Part shown: piece after piece, positions 38,057 through 50,682 of the stretch
Numbering within the stretch: position 1 is the first letter of the stretch
How the letters are laid out: every line of letters starts with the position of its first letter
Source: Octopus vulgaris
Lineage: Eukaryota
Reading direction: 5' to 3'
Length of the DNA stretch: 64,000 bases
Assembly: GCA_951406725.2 (NCBI GenBank)
Contig: OX597820.1
Location: forward strand, 13,764,001-13,828,000
Notes under the pieces: model-generated
Database searches by the model: none
The model's input: only the letters and a program-made list of their open reading frames with translations
What the model was told of the DNA's origin: nothing
Translations under genes and position numbers: made by a program

Positions 38057-38779
38057 GAGAGGAAGGAAAACTGGAACGTGATAAAAGTACACACGCTTCT
38101 TACACTAGGCTACTAAAAATAAAGGCTCTTATGCCAACAGCAATAAAAGGCTTGGTTCAGACGTACACGATGGGGGAGAGGCAAGGGTCGATGAGGGCAA
38201 ATTACAAGGAGTGGTAAAAGGTTTGAACATGCATATGCGTGAGTATTTACACATGTGTAATTAAAAGGTTGTAAAAGAAAAAAAAAAGAAAAAATTAAAA
38301 AAAGAAAAAATTAAAAAAAGAAAGAAAAGAAAATTTGCACACAGCGAGTTGTTTTCAAATTGAGAAAACTTAAGAAAAGTAAGTTCAGCAACTACTTAAG
38401 CATTTAGGCTCATTGTCAATTGTTTTACAAAAAGAAGAAAAAAAATCTTGAAGAAAGGAAGTAGAAAATGAAAGAAAGAGGGAGAGATTTCTTTGAAGAA
38501 ATGAAAGAGAAAGACCCACCGACCCACCCCTGTCTAAGAGGGTAGGAGTAGGGTACGGAATTAGAACAGGAACTGCTTTCATACATGCCTCAGAGAAGCT
38601 ATTTTATGAGCAATTCCCAGAAACGTTGTTATACATATTTTAGCATGTTTATGCACACAGACATTGGTGTGCTTTTATCTTTTATTTTGTATCTTTTGCT
38701 TGTTTTAGGCATTAGAGTGTACAGACATTGCTAGGGCCCTGCCTTGAAGTGTTTGGTCGAATAAACTGACAGAGGTACC

Positions 38780-39185
38780 TGCATGTAAAAAGCACCCACA
38801 CTGATGCTACGTAAAGTGCATTGGTCCAGGGGCCATGTTTAAGACACTGGTGCTAGTGTCATGTAAAAAGCATCCATGCTGAGACCACGTATAAGGCACC
38901 CATGCTGGGGCCATGTTTAAGGCACTGGTGCTGGGGCCACAGAAAAAGCACCCATGCTGGGGCCACAGAAAGAGCACCCATGCTGGGGCCACAGAAAAAG
39001 CACCCATGCTGGGGCCACGTATAAAGCACCCATGCTGGGGCCACATTTAAGACGCTGGTGCCACATAAAAAGCACCCATACTGGGGCCACGTATAAAGCA
39101 GCAGAGGTGGAGCCACATCTAAGGCACTAGTGCTGCCATCACATAAAAAGCACCTGTGCTGGTGTCACATAAAATGCACCCAGTA
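38780..39185 (+). repeat. Minisatellite of about 28-30 bp (AGCACCCATGCTGGGGCCAC...) attached to an RTE 3' end
   Basis: More than 10 degenerate units running into the RTE 3'-end copy that ends at 39347. Confidence 0.75.
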
Positions 39186-39430
39186 CACTCTGTAGAGGGG
39201 CTGGTATTAAGAAGGGTATCCAGCAATAAAAACCATGCCAAAACAGACAGCTGGAACCTGGTGCAGCCTTCAAGTTTACCAACTCCTGTCAACCTGTCTA
39301 ACTCATACCAGCATAGAAAACAAACATTAAATGATGATGATGATGATATATGCATTTTCTGCGATGAGTGACAATTCTGTAAATAATATTTTATAAGCTT
39401 AAAGTTTATAAAATATTATTATTTACTGTG

Positions 39431-39487
<57 letters not shown>

Positions 39488-39824
39488 ATATATATGTGTG
39501 TGTGTGATATATATATATATATATATATAATACATGTAAACATACATACATACACACATATGTATATATATTTGTCGGGCTTCTACACAGTTTCTGTCTA
39601 TCAAATTCACTCACAAAGCGTTGTCAGTGGAAGGCCCTCGCCCAAGGTGCCCAGCAATGAGACTGAACTTGAAATCATTTAGCTGCAAAGCAAGTTTGTC
39701 AACCACACAGCTATGTCAGGATGGGCTGGGGGTGGAGACAGTCAAACAGATAGACAGACAGAGAGCAGGAGTGATGGGAAGAGAAAGAGAGAGAGCGGCA
39801 ATAAAAAAGAAGACATAGATTTAC

Positions 39825-40032
39825 CTTTGAATTCAGCAATGTAAGCACATGTGCCATCGACTTTCTCTGTCAGAAGAGCAGTCTCTAGGTTGTGTTCCTT
39901 AGCATCAGGTCGCAGCTGGTCAGTCGCTGACACCATGTACAACTGGTTAGCACGCTTGCTGCTTGGTTCATTTGTCACAGCAATTTCAAAGAGACAACAT
40001 AATTTACTTTGAACAGAGCACAGTTTATCCAT
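39825..40032 (-). CDS. RLIG1: RNA ligase 1 (C12orf29-like), coding exon 1 with nucleotidyltransferase motif I (TEKVDGT)
   Basis: Translates MDKLCSVQSKLCCLFEIAVTNEPSSKRANQLYMVSATDQLRPDAKEHNLETALLTEKVDGTCAYIAEFK. This matches from memory the N-terminus of human C12orf29 (SVQxK, EPSSKR, TEKVDGTC; K57). Acceptor ttacag| precedes 40046, donor AAAG|gtaaat at 39825/39824, 208 coding nt, phase 1. Confidence 0.92.
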
Positions 40033-40043
40033 CACACCACCAT
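40032..40043 (-). promoter_or_regulatory. 3-codon uORF (M-V-V-stop) whose TGA overlaps the RLIG1 ATG (TGATG)
   Basis: Minus strand reads ag|GTC ATG GTG GTG TGA TG GAT AAA; the A of TGA is the A of the main ATG. Confidence 0.55.
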
Positions 40044-40479
40044 GACCTGTAAATGAAATAGAACAAAATGGGTTTAACCCTTTCCATATTAACCCACCAC
40101 CCCTGAATCATCATCATCATCATTTAACGTCCGTTTCCCATGCTGGCATGAGTTGGATGGTTTGAGTGGAAACTGGTAAGCCAGGTGGGACTGCACAAGG
40201 TTCCGGTCTAATTTGGTAACGTTTCTACGGTTGGATGCCCTTCCTCAGGCCAACCACTCTGAGAGTGTTGTGGGTGTTTTTTACATGGGTGTTTTTTACC
40301 AGCACAGGTGCCATTGACCTGATACTACCATCAGCCATGACTATGGTCTCACTTGGCTTGACAGGTCAACACGAGCACAGTATATTGCCAAGGGTCTCAG
40401 TCACCTGTCACTGCCTCCATGAGGCCCAATGCACAAACAGTGCTTTTTACATGCCACTGGCATGGGTACCAGTCATTAT

Positions 40480-40568
40480 TATTATTCTTCAGGTAACTGC
40501 CTGGAACCGAACTCAGAATCTTGGGGTTAATAGCCCACACTCTTAACCACTACGCCATATGCCCATGG
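40480..40568 (-). mobile_element. Isolated tRNA-like head of the hammerhead element
   Basis: Reverse complement of GGGCATATGGCGTAGTGGTTAAGAG...GTTCGGTTCCAGGCAG; retains CCCATGG from the palindrome centre. Confidence 0.75.
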
Positions 40569-41721
40569 AGGTGGACAAACACGGACACAAAGACACACAC
40601 ACATACGCACATATACATGAGACTTCCACACTGTTTCTATCTACCAAATTCACTCACAAGGTATCAGTCAACCCAGGGCCATAATAAAAGACACAAGACA
40701 CCTGCCTAATGTGTCACACAGTAGGACTGAACCCCAAACCATATGATTACAAAGCAAGCTTCTTAACCATACAACCACTTCTGCACCTAACTTGAGTACA
40801 ATTTATTGAACTGTTAGTGTCATCTCTATGTACCAGTGGCCAAAATGATAAGAATATTTACTCTTAATTTAGAAATATGTTGGCAGTTCAAATCCTAATT
40901 GGTGTTATGTACCGTTGTAAAGCGGCCTTTTGCCATAGTTGCATCTGTCCTTCAGACAGTTGTCACTCTGACAGATATTGTTATATTCCAATGTCATCGA
41001 TGGAATGGTTCTATCTGGCACTGTACGACCCCCACCCCACCCCACATCAGTCACAGTGTTATTATCCTCAAGAGGTTGGACTGAGTTTCACAGTATGATT
41101 ACTATATCAGCACAGACACGACTATCAACACAGTCTACACATACTCTCGACCTTCTAACTTTCTTCTCCCTACAGGTTTATTTATAATGGCTGGCTACTA
41201 CCACTTTTTACTGGGAGAGATGTACAGTTTCACTATACAACATGTACACATCCAAGATTAGGATTCTTGATAAAGAGCATTTGATTGAAAACACCGATTA
41301 GATCATCATCATCATTATTATTACCATCACCAACTTTTAATTTCTGTTTTCCATTTAAATATTCTGTGGAAACCTGTCTGGTCATGTCAAAATAGTACCT
41401 TGCTTGAAAACAAGTGAGGGTTGGTGACAGGAAGGGCATCCAGCCATAGAAAATTTGTCTCTACATGTTCCGTCCAACTTATGTAGGCATAGAAAAGTTA
41501 ACATTCATCATCATCATCGTCATTTAACATCCGCTTTCCATGCTAGCATGGGTTGGACGGTTTGACTGTGGGCTGGCGAACCAGATGGCCGCACCAAGTT
41601 CCAGTCTTGATCTGGCAGAGTCTCTACAGCTGGATGCCCTTCCTTATGCCAACCACTCCGAGAGTGTAGTGGGTGCTTTTCACATGCCACCGGCACGGGG
41701 GATAGTCAGGCGGTGCTGGCA

Positions 41722-41755
<34 letters not shown>

Positions 41756-42699
41756 CTCGTTTTACCCCTAGTTTTAATTACACCAGTGAAGAAATTTAAA
41801 ATAAAATAAAATTAAAACTGCACATGAAGCATTTCTCAACTGCAAGCATTGTTAAAACTTGTCAGTCAATCCACAGACAAAGAATACGAGAAGAATGGAG
41901 TTGGCAATGTGGAACAAAAGCAGTGGAACTGGGTAACAGGGGCCTCAGGCTTTTTTCTTGTTTCTTTGAACCAATTCTTTACAAGAGACCAAACTGCAGA
42001 CAATCCAACACCCCAGCAAACCAAGCAGAATTCTGCAAGCGTGCACACTAACACCAGCTGCTACATTCATCACCACTACTGCAGGATTTGTGTCTACTTA
42101 ACAAACAAGCAACAAAATAAATACATAAATATTCGTGATTATTGTGTTGTTGTTGTGGGTGGTGTTGTTATAGTTATTGTCGTTAATGTTAAAGGCCCTC
42201 ATAAAAATACAAATAAACAAGATTTTCTGAAATTCATTCAGAGCAGCTGTCTAACCATTGTGTGCAATAAAGAAAGCTGAAAACACTACAGTTGAAATAA
42301 AAGAAATCTTTAAAAAAACAGGAGAGGGGAAAAAAGGCCTCAGAGGCAACCACACCGAATGCAAAATAAATAAAACAGAGCAACGCATAAAAATACGCCT
42401 GCAAGCTGCACATTGTAGATGCACTTCTTGGGAGAATTCAAATACAGCTGGTATAGAGCAGACATTGTTTCACAGATAAATAGAGTGAGTTGCTCTGCGT
42501 GAAATATGTGTGGAGAGGGAGAAGGTGGAGAAGGTGTTGACAGCAACAACGGCAAGAAGAAGAGTGAAGGGTAAGCAAAAGTCAGGGGTACGTATGCAAT
42601 AACAGAGATAAAGCTTCAGTGAATGTTTATTCTGCTTAACCACAAATATCATTAGCAGCAATCTTATTGGCTCCAACAGTGTTTTTCTTATTCTTTTTT

Positions 42700-43130
42700 A
42701 TATACAGACACACATGTATGCACACATAGACAGACATACACATGCACACACACATACATACATATATACACACACATACATACATATATACACACACACA
42801 TATGCACACACACACACACATAAGCACACACATACGCACATATACACACACATATGCATACAACATACACACACACAGAGGCACACATACACACAGGCAT
42901 ACACATGCACACATACGCTCATGTATGCACGTGCACACATACACACATACAGGCACATATACACACACACAGATACAGGCACATACACACACACAGATAC
43001 AGGCACATACACACACACACATACAGGCACACATACACACACACAGATACAGGCACATACACACACACAGATACAGGCACATACACACACACACATACAG
43101 GCACATATACACACAGGCACACACATATCT
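42700..43130. repeat. (CA)n-based compound repeat with TACAGGCACA units
   Basis: Direct inspection. Confidence 0.9.
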
Positions 43131-43361
43131 ATGATTACATCTCATATCTTTTACTTGCTTCAGTCATTAGATGGTGGCCATGCTGGGGCACCACCTGGAA
43201 GGATTTTAGTCGAATGAATCAACCGCAGGACTTATTTTTTTTTGTAAAGCCTGCTACTTATTCTATTAGGTTTTTTTACCAAACCAAGTTACAGGGATGT
43301 AAACATACCAACAGCAGTTGTCAAGCAGTGTGGAGGGGGACAAACACAAAGACACACACAC

Positions 43362-43392
<31 letters not shown>

Positions 43393-43484
43393 TATGACAG
43401 GTTTCTTCCAGTATTCATTTATCAAATACATTCACAAGGCTTTGTTCAGCCTGAAGCTATAGTAGAAGCACAACATAATGGCCA

Positions 43485-43836
43485 AAGGTCTCAGTCATTG
43501 GCCCAAAGCTCAAAAGCAACTCAGCCATTTTGCCTCCATGAGGCCCAACACTCAAAAGGAACTCAGCCAATTTTCCTCCATGAGGCCCATGGCTCAAAAG
43601 GAACTCAGCCAATTTTCCTCCGTGAGGTCCAACACTTGAAAGGAACTCAGCCACTTTGCCTCCATGAGGCCCAACACTCAAAAGGAACTCGGCCAATTTT
43701 CCTCCATGAAGCCCATGGCTCAAAAGGAGCTCAGCCATTTTCCCTCTGTGAGGTCCAACACTCAAAAAGAACTCAGCAACTTTGCCTCCATGAGGCCCAA
43801 CTCTCAAAAGGAACTCGGCCACTTTGCCTCCATGAA
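43485..43836. repeat. 39/42-bp minisatellite derived from the RTE ORF end
   Basis: Unit AAAGGAACTCAGCCA.TTT.CCTCCATGAGGCCCAACACTCA, about 8 copies; resembles 12135-12180. Confidence 0.8.
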
Positions 43837-44570
43837 GCATATACATTAAATCCATGCCAGCATCCATCTTGGATGTCAAATGATGATGATTCTATCGTTT
43901 CTTTTTTACTTGCATTAGTCTTTAGGCTGTGGTCATGCTGGAGCACTTACCACCCAGTGCTGGTTTCTGCATATCTTTGTAAATTGGTGGTTCAGCAAAA
44001 CAGACTAACAGAATAAGTAAACCCTTCAAGGTGGTACCCCAGCATGGCCACAGCCCAATCAGTAAAAGAGATAAGACAACACTGAAGTTTGCTTTGGTTG
44101 ATTATAAACCTCCTCCACAAAAACAGGCATATGATTTGCTTTTAATTTGAGGGTAGTAAGGGGCAGAATTGTTAGCAGACCGAGTAGAATGCTTAGTGGT
44201 ATTTTGTCCATCTCCATGTTCCAAGTTCAAATTCCATCAGAGTCGGCTATGCTGTTTATCCTTCCAGGGTTGATAAAATAAGTATCAGCTGAACACTGAA
44301 GTTGATGTAATCGACTTAGCCCCTCCCCCAAACCAGCTGGCCTTGAGCCAAAATCTGAAACCAGTTTGGCAAAGGTCAGTTTATAAAGATGGATGTAAAG
44401 CCATTATAGACAGCCCTATTCACCACTGGTCAATGGCATTGCTGAGACAGTAATTTAACCATCCCTGCTGTGCCTGGCCTGTTTCCAGAAGTAAGTCCCT
44501 AGCCCCAAGTATAGCTACCACCTTACCACTTGCAGATATATACCATAACAGAAAGACAGATATTGGTTAA

Positions 44571-44699
44571 CCTTTAGCACACTGTAGGTGCATCATGACT
44601 TCATATGAGTTTTCTCCCCTCTCAATGTGAAACAATGTGCCTTCAGCTACAGGGAAGAAAACTGATACAGCAACATAATGCAACTAAGCATGCTAAAGG
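44571..44699. mobile_element. Small TTAA-flanked MITE
   Basis: Perfect inverted ends TTAACCTTTAGCA (44567) and TGCTAAAGGTTAA (ends 44703). Confidence 0.6.
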
Positions 44700-44775
44700 T
44701 TAAATATAACCACACATATCTGCATTAAGGTCCTTCCCTCCAGATTTTCTTTATGATGTTGCTCCATTAGCCCTT

Positions 44776-44982
44776 TTTAAACCTTTAACATTCAGGTTAC
44801 TCTCTCTAATGTATTGCTTATTTTTTCATATTGTTTTCAGTTATCATGCATTATCTTGTAGCTTTGAGATTTTGGTGTTGACATTATAGGATAGGTGAGA
44901 GAGGTCAGATCCGGCCAGTTTGAACATAAAACAGGTAGAATATTTTAGCTGGATATGGTCAGTTTAAATGCTAAAGGATTAA
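44776..44982. mobile_element. piggyBac-like MITE, second family
   Basis: TTAAACCTTTAACATTCAG...AAATGCTAAAGGATTAA. Related copies at about 23865-23985, 52263-52470 and 54146-54365. Confidence 0.65.
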
Positions 44983-45103
44983 ACATTAATTGAATTACTC
45001 CATAAGGTAGCAAGGACTTGCTATTATACAGGGGCATGGTTTGTGCACAGCCAATCCTATTCTCTCGCCCTTCATATTTGTATTGGTCTGGTTCAACATA
45101 TAC

Positions 45104-45336
45104 CTATTTCTTTACTACCCACAAGGTGCTAAACATAGAGGGGACAAACAAGGACAGACAAAGGGATTAAGTCGATTACATCGACCCCAGTGCGTAACTG
45201 GTACTTAATTTATCGACCCCGAAAGGATGAAAGGCAAAGTTGACCTCGGTGGAATTTGAACTCAGAACGTAACGGCAGACGAAATACTGCTGAGCATTTC
45301 ACCTGGCATGCTAACGATTCTGCCAGCTCGCCACCT
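45104..45336 (-). mobile_element. SINE family B with TSD
   Basis: GGTTCAACAT(A/G)TACC at 45090 and 45341. Confidence 0.88.
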
Positions 45337-45596
45337 TCCGGGTTCAACATGTACCATAAGCCCAGAAGTTATCAGGATGCAAGATTTGTATAGAGTTACC
45401 TTCTCTTAGATGAGCAGCTAAAGAGCTGAAGGCCCTCATCTGTGCTGGGGAGTGTCTGAGAGTGAACTTCTTCCAGAGCCATAATAGTGACATCAGCTTA
45501 TATGCATGTGCAGCATGCACATAGAAGAAATGCAAATACAGAATGGCAACAGAAGGATATTCAAATTCACCCACAAGGCATTGGTTAACCTGGCAT

Positions 45597-45885
45597 TGTG
45601 GAGGCACATGGCCTAGTGGTAAGAGCATCGGACTCGCAGTCGAGGGATCATAGGTTCGAATCTCAGACCGGGCAATATGTGTGTTTATGAGTGAAATACC
45701 CAAGCTCCACACGACTCCGGCAGAAGGTAATGGCAAATTTCTGCTGACTCTCACTCTTTCCTCCTGCATCTTGCAGCTCACCTGCGACGGCCTGGCATCC
45801 CATCCAGGTGGGGAACCTACATGCCAAGGAAACCGGGAAACCGGCCCTTATGAGCCAGGGATGGCTCAAGAAGGAACAAACAAAA
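45597..45885 (+). mobile_element. tRNA-derived SINE with V-domain-like segment, 15-bp TSD
   Basis: A box TGGCCTAGTGG, B box GGTTCGAATCTC, V-like CCTGCGACGGCCTGGCATCCCATCCAGG. TSD CATTGGTTAACCTGG at 45579 and 45886. Confidence 0.85.
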
Positions 45886-46334
45886 CATTGGTTAACCTGG
45901 GGTTACAGTAAGACATACTTGCTCAAGGTGTCACACAGTGGGTTTGAACCCAGAACCATGAGGTTGCAAAGCAAGCTTCTTAACCACACAGCCATGCCTT
46001 CAAATACTTTTCATATATATCACCATCATCATCATTATCATCATCATCATCATCATCATCCTCATCATCATATACATAAATGATGAAGGGTCCTTTCTCT
46101 GTGCTAACTTTTCCAGTTTTCCATTTTTTTCTCGTTGTTCACTTGTTTTTCCTTTGTTTGTTTACGTATTTCCTGTTATTTGCACAGTTGGTGACATCCT
46201 GTACCCATATATGCATGTATGTGTGTGTGTGTGTATGAACTAGCCAGAATCTCTGTAGCCACTGCTCTTGGCTTATGAACCAATAAATATCACATACCAT
46301 TCTATAAACAAAGATAACAAGGCTGAAATAATCA

Positions 46335-46777
46335 TTGTTATTATTATTATTATCATTACTATTACTATTATTACTATTATTATTATTATTATCATTACTA
46401 TTACTATTATTACTATTATTATTATTATTATCATTACTATTACTACTATTATTATTATTATTATTATTATCATTACTATTACTACTATTATTATTATTAT
46501 TATTACTATTATTATTATTATTACTATTATTACTACTACTACTACTATTATTATTATTATTACTATTATTACTACTACTACTACTATTATTATTATTATT
46601 ACTATTATTACTACTACTACTACTATTATTATTATTATTATTATTATTACTATTATTACTACTACTACTACTACTACTACTACTGCTACTACTACTACTA
46701 CTACTATTATTATTATTATTATTACTACTATTATTATTATTATTATTACTATTATTATTATTATTATTATTATTATT
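46335..46777. repeat. (ATT/ACT)n microsatellite
   Basis: Direct inspection. Confidence 0.95.
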
Positions 46778-47180
46778 GCCTTTGCACAGCTTCTAACGCT
46801 GGAGATGTATTACAGTATCAGCTGTTCACTACCAGTGAACTAAGGTGACACCCTTATTTTACGAGTACCATCCAAAGTATTTGAGCGGTTCCAAGCAGTG
46901 CTGTTTTCTGCAAGTGCTCCACCCTTATTGCAGCCCCTATTTGTTCCACGTACTTCTCGAGATTTTTGCTCACTGCTCCCAGGGCTCCAACAATTACTGG
47001 TACTACTACCACCTTTTTCATCGACCACATCGGCTTAACCTCCCTAGCTAACCTGTCATATCTCTCGACTTTTCTTTCTTCCTTATCTCATACCGTGTTA
47101 TCAGCTGGGCATGCTATATCTATGATCCAGCATCATTTGCCTTCTTTCTCAATTAATACTATGTCTGGTTTCCTCTTGTC
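46778..47180 (-). mobile_element. R4/Dong-type LINE 3' end (restriction-like endonuclease domain)
   Basis: Translates RKPDIVLIEKEGK*CWIIDIACPAD...KVERYDRLAREVKPMW..KKVVVVPVIVGALGAV...LQKTALLGTAQIL; stop at 46854. (TAA)n on both sides. Confidence 0.85.
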
Positions 47181-47531
47181 TAACTAATCTGTGATATCTA
47201 TCGACTTTTCTTTCTTCCTTATCGCACACCTTGTTGTCAGCTGGGCATTTATTATTATTATCATTATTATTATTATCATTATTATTATTATTATTATTAT
47301 TATTAAGGAGATGAATGGCAGACTTGGCAGAATTCTTTATAGTTACATTCTTTCACAATCAGATTTCAAATCCTGGCAGGTAAGGTCACGTTATCATTAA
47401 TTCACCTGGGGTCAATTAAATAAGTAGCAGTCACCTGCACTCTTCTATCGGTTGGTTGTCTGGTGCCAATGAACGAAATTAATATCATTCTTATTAAGCA
47501 AAAATATTGCTTATTACTATTATTATTACTA

Positions 47532-47566
<35 letters not shown>

Positions 47567-48449
47567 TATAAAACCAGAGAGATGCTGGCAGACACATTAG
47601 ATTGTTGCACAAAGTGCTTAGAGATATTTCTTCCAGCTCTTAACATTCTAAGTTCAAATGCTACTTAGGTTAACTTTGCTTTTTATCTTTTCAGGGGTCA
47701 ATAAACTAAAGTGCCTGTCAAACACCGGAGTCGGAGTCGATGTAGTCAAGTTGCTTCCTACCCCAAAACTTGCCAGTCTTCAACCAAAATTTGATATTAT
47801 TATTATTATTATCATTATTACTATTATTATTAAGGTGAGTGAGCTGCTGGCAGAATCGTTAGCATGCTGGGTGAAATGCTTGGCAGTATTTCGGCTGCTG
47901 CTATGTTCTGAGTTCAAATTCTACCATGGTCAACTTTGCCTTTCATCCTTTCGGGGTTGATGACTAGTTCCTTCCTCCAAATTTCAGGTCTTGTGCCTAT
48001 GGTAGAAAGGATCATCATCATCATTATTAAGACAGGTGATCTGGCAGAATTGTTAGAATGCCAGGTGAAATGCTTAGCGGTATTTCATCAGCCATTACAT
48101 TCTGAGTTCAAATTCTGCCGTGGTCGACTACCCATCTGATAAGGGTATCCCAGGCACATGCATCACAACCATATATGCGCAACATAGTGATCTCATATCA
48201 AGATAAACAGCACATGACCTTGCAAATGGGGGCCCTGTTAGAATTTTCTTTAGGTCATGTAGCCCATCCTGCTCAAAAAGGTCCCTGAATAAGGGTTGTT
48301 TAAGGATGTTGAACGAAACACCCATATTTCCAAAGGTGAATTATCCAAACCCCAAAGAATTCCTCTCAACAATTGGCTATGATACTCCCTCACTACTTCT
48401 GCTCATGATCAGAGATGCACATATCGCCAGTCACTATTATCATTATTAT

Positions 48450-48842
48450 TTTATGTTTGACTTTTGCTTTGCATTTGTACAAGTTGACTCCAAGTCTCAC
48501 CCAGAGACCTCAAGAGAAAACAAGTTAGGAGTTCATGTTGATGTTATGCCTAGGGTGTCATATATTTGGTTTTGTACATAGTATTGTTCTAGAGAAAGTT
48601 TAAGAAACCATAAGAAAATTATGTGTGTTTTAAAATTTGAGATTACATAGAAAGTATTTTGTGTAGGATATGGGCAGTTCCCATGAGCACTATCTTTTGA
48701 ATTTCTGCCATTTTGGGGTTTCCTGGTATCTGAGCTAGGTAGCAATCAGCCTCTTTTGCTATCATTCCCAGGGCACCTATGACAACAGGTATTGTTTTAG
48801 TCTTCAGGTTCCACATTTTGCTAATTTCTATTTCAAGATCTC
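48450..48842 (-). mobile_element. Second, distinct R4/Dong-type LINE 3' end
   Basis: DLEIEISKMWNLKTKTIPVVIGALGMIAK...EIQKIVLMGTAHILHKILSM* (stop at 48643); flanked by (TAT/CAT)n. Confidence 0.85.
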
Positions 48843-48845
48843 TAT

Positions 48846-48877
<32 letters not shown>

Positions 48878-49794
48878 CATTATTATTATCATCATCATTA
48901 TCATTATTATTATCATCATCATTATCATTATTATTATCATCATCATCATCATCATCATCATTACTATTTGGAGGAGGAGGAGGAGGAGGAGGGGTCATTG
49001 TATAACATCCTTAAGAAAGATGATTATAGAGAACTAATATACACAATTGTTCCAATAAGCCTAAAGAAACCGAAACAGGAAATTTCATACTTGAAACTAC
49101 ATCAAAGAATAAAGCTTACTGTGATTGATACTGAAGGTCAGCGAGTAACGAGTGTGCGTCTGGAGGTTATCTAAGTACATTAATCAAGGTACATCATTTG
49201 TGATAAACAGAGAGAGAGAGAGAGAAAGAGAGAGAGAGCATACCAATATAAATTGCACTGTAATAAAAAGTTCTTTATCGTTGGTATACTAATAAGACCA
49301 GCTCATGGTTTGCTAACCAGGCAAGTTCAGCTTTGGTACTTTGATAACAAGGAGAACCGTTGTTGGGCAGCTCTGAGTCAGCTCTTATTGAACAGACCTG
49401 GGATTAAAAGCATTCCTTTCTGATATTTTAGGGTTACATATCACTACTGTATTCAATATAACTTTTCTGCTCCCTAGAGAGAAAAGTGTGTTTTGACGAA
49501 GACGTGATTTAGCTGATGGTTCTAGCAAGTCAAGCGACCACATGGAAGCTCACTCATTGGTTCATTATAACTAAATGGTACCTGGGTATATAGTGAGTGA
49601 TCCCACAACTCTTTTCGTACCAACCCACCTGAGATTGATTGCTGTTCTATCATACAAACTTCCTGTTTTCAAATGATCTAAATTTAAAACTTTCCATCAA
49701 AATTTCATGTTAATTTCCTGCAAATACCAGCTTAACATCAACAAAGATACTTTACTTAATTCTTAATTATTTAAAAAATTAATTATAACAAAGA

Positions 49795-50545
49795 AGGTAA
49801 TGAGCTGGCAGAATCGTTAGGAAACCAGATAAAATGCTTAGCGGTAAGTTGGCAGAAACATTAGCACGCCGGGCGAAATGCTTAGCGGTATTTCGCCTGC
49901 TGTTACATTCTGAGTTCAAATTCCGCCAAAGTCGACTTTGCCTTTCATCCTTTCGGGGGTCGATAAATTAAGTACCAGTTACTCACTGGGGTCAATGTAA
50001 TCGACTTAATACCTATGTCTGTCCTTATTTGTCCCCTCTATGTTTAGCCCCTTGTGGGTAATAAAGAAATAGGTATTTCGTCTTTGTTACGTTCTGAGTT
50101 CAAATTCCGCCGAAGTCGACTTTGCCTTTCATCCTTTTGGGGTTGATTAAATAAGTACCAGTTATGCACTGGGGTCGATATAATCGACTTAATTCGTTTG
50201 TCTGTCCTTGTTTGTCCCCTCTGTGTTTAGCCCCTTGTGGGTAGTAAAGAAATAGGTATTTCATTCATTTTTATGTTCCAACTTCAAAATTTGCTGAGGT
50301 TGACTTTGCCTTTCATCCACTAGCATAGCTAGGGGAGAGTGGTAGGGGGAAGTCCACCTTGAGTGGCACTTTTATAGGAGCAGCACTTTTGGGTCTGCTG
50401 TAGGCATCATGTATATTTTTGTGGGGTCTGGGGATGGTAAATGAAAGGACCACCCCAGACAGCACACACTCTAGCTACGCTAGTGCTTTCATTCTTTCAC
50501 AGATGATAAAACAAGTATCAGTTCAGCTCTGGGGTTCGATGTAAT
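49795..50545 (+). mobile_element. Nested or tandem SINE family B cluster
   Basis: Three central-domain copies joined at AAAGAAATAGGTATTTC. Confidence 0.85.
50318..50485. mobile_element. hAT-like MITE inserted into a SINE B
   Basis: TIRs CACTAGCATAGCTAG / CTAGCTACGCTAGTG; 8-bp TSD CTTTCATC/CTTTCATT. Confidence 0.8.
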
Positions 50546-50682
50546 AAACTTACCCCACACCCATCCCACCCAAAAAAAATTACTGGCCTTGTGCTAGAAG
50601 TTTAAACTAAAATTAAATGAAACAAAAAGAAAATATAACAGAAAAATTGTAACAAAAGTCCTAAACAAGGTGAGTGTGAGGG

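Noticed and set aside
43318-44016. 232-aa repeat protein
   Set aside because: Spans a SINE, a microsatellite and a LINE-derived minisatellite.
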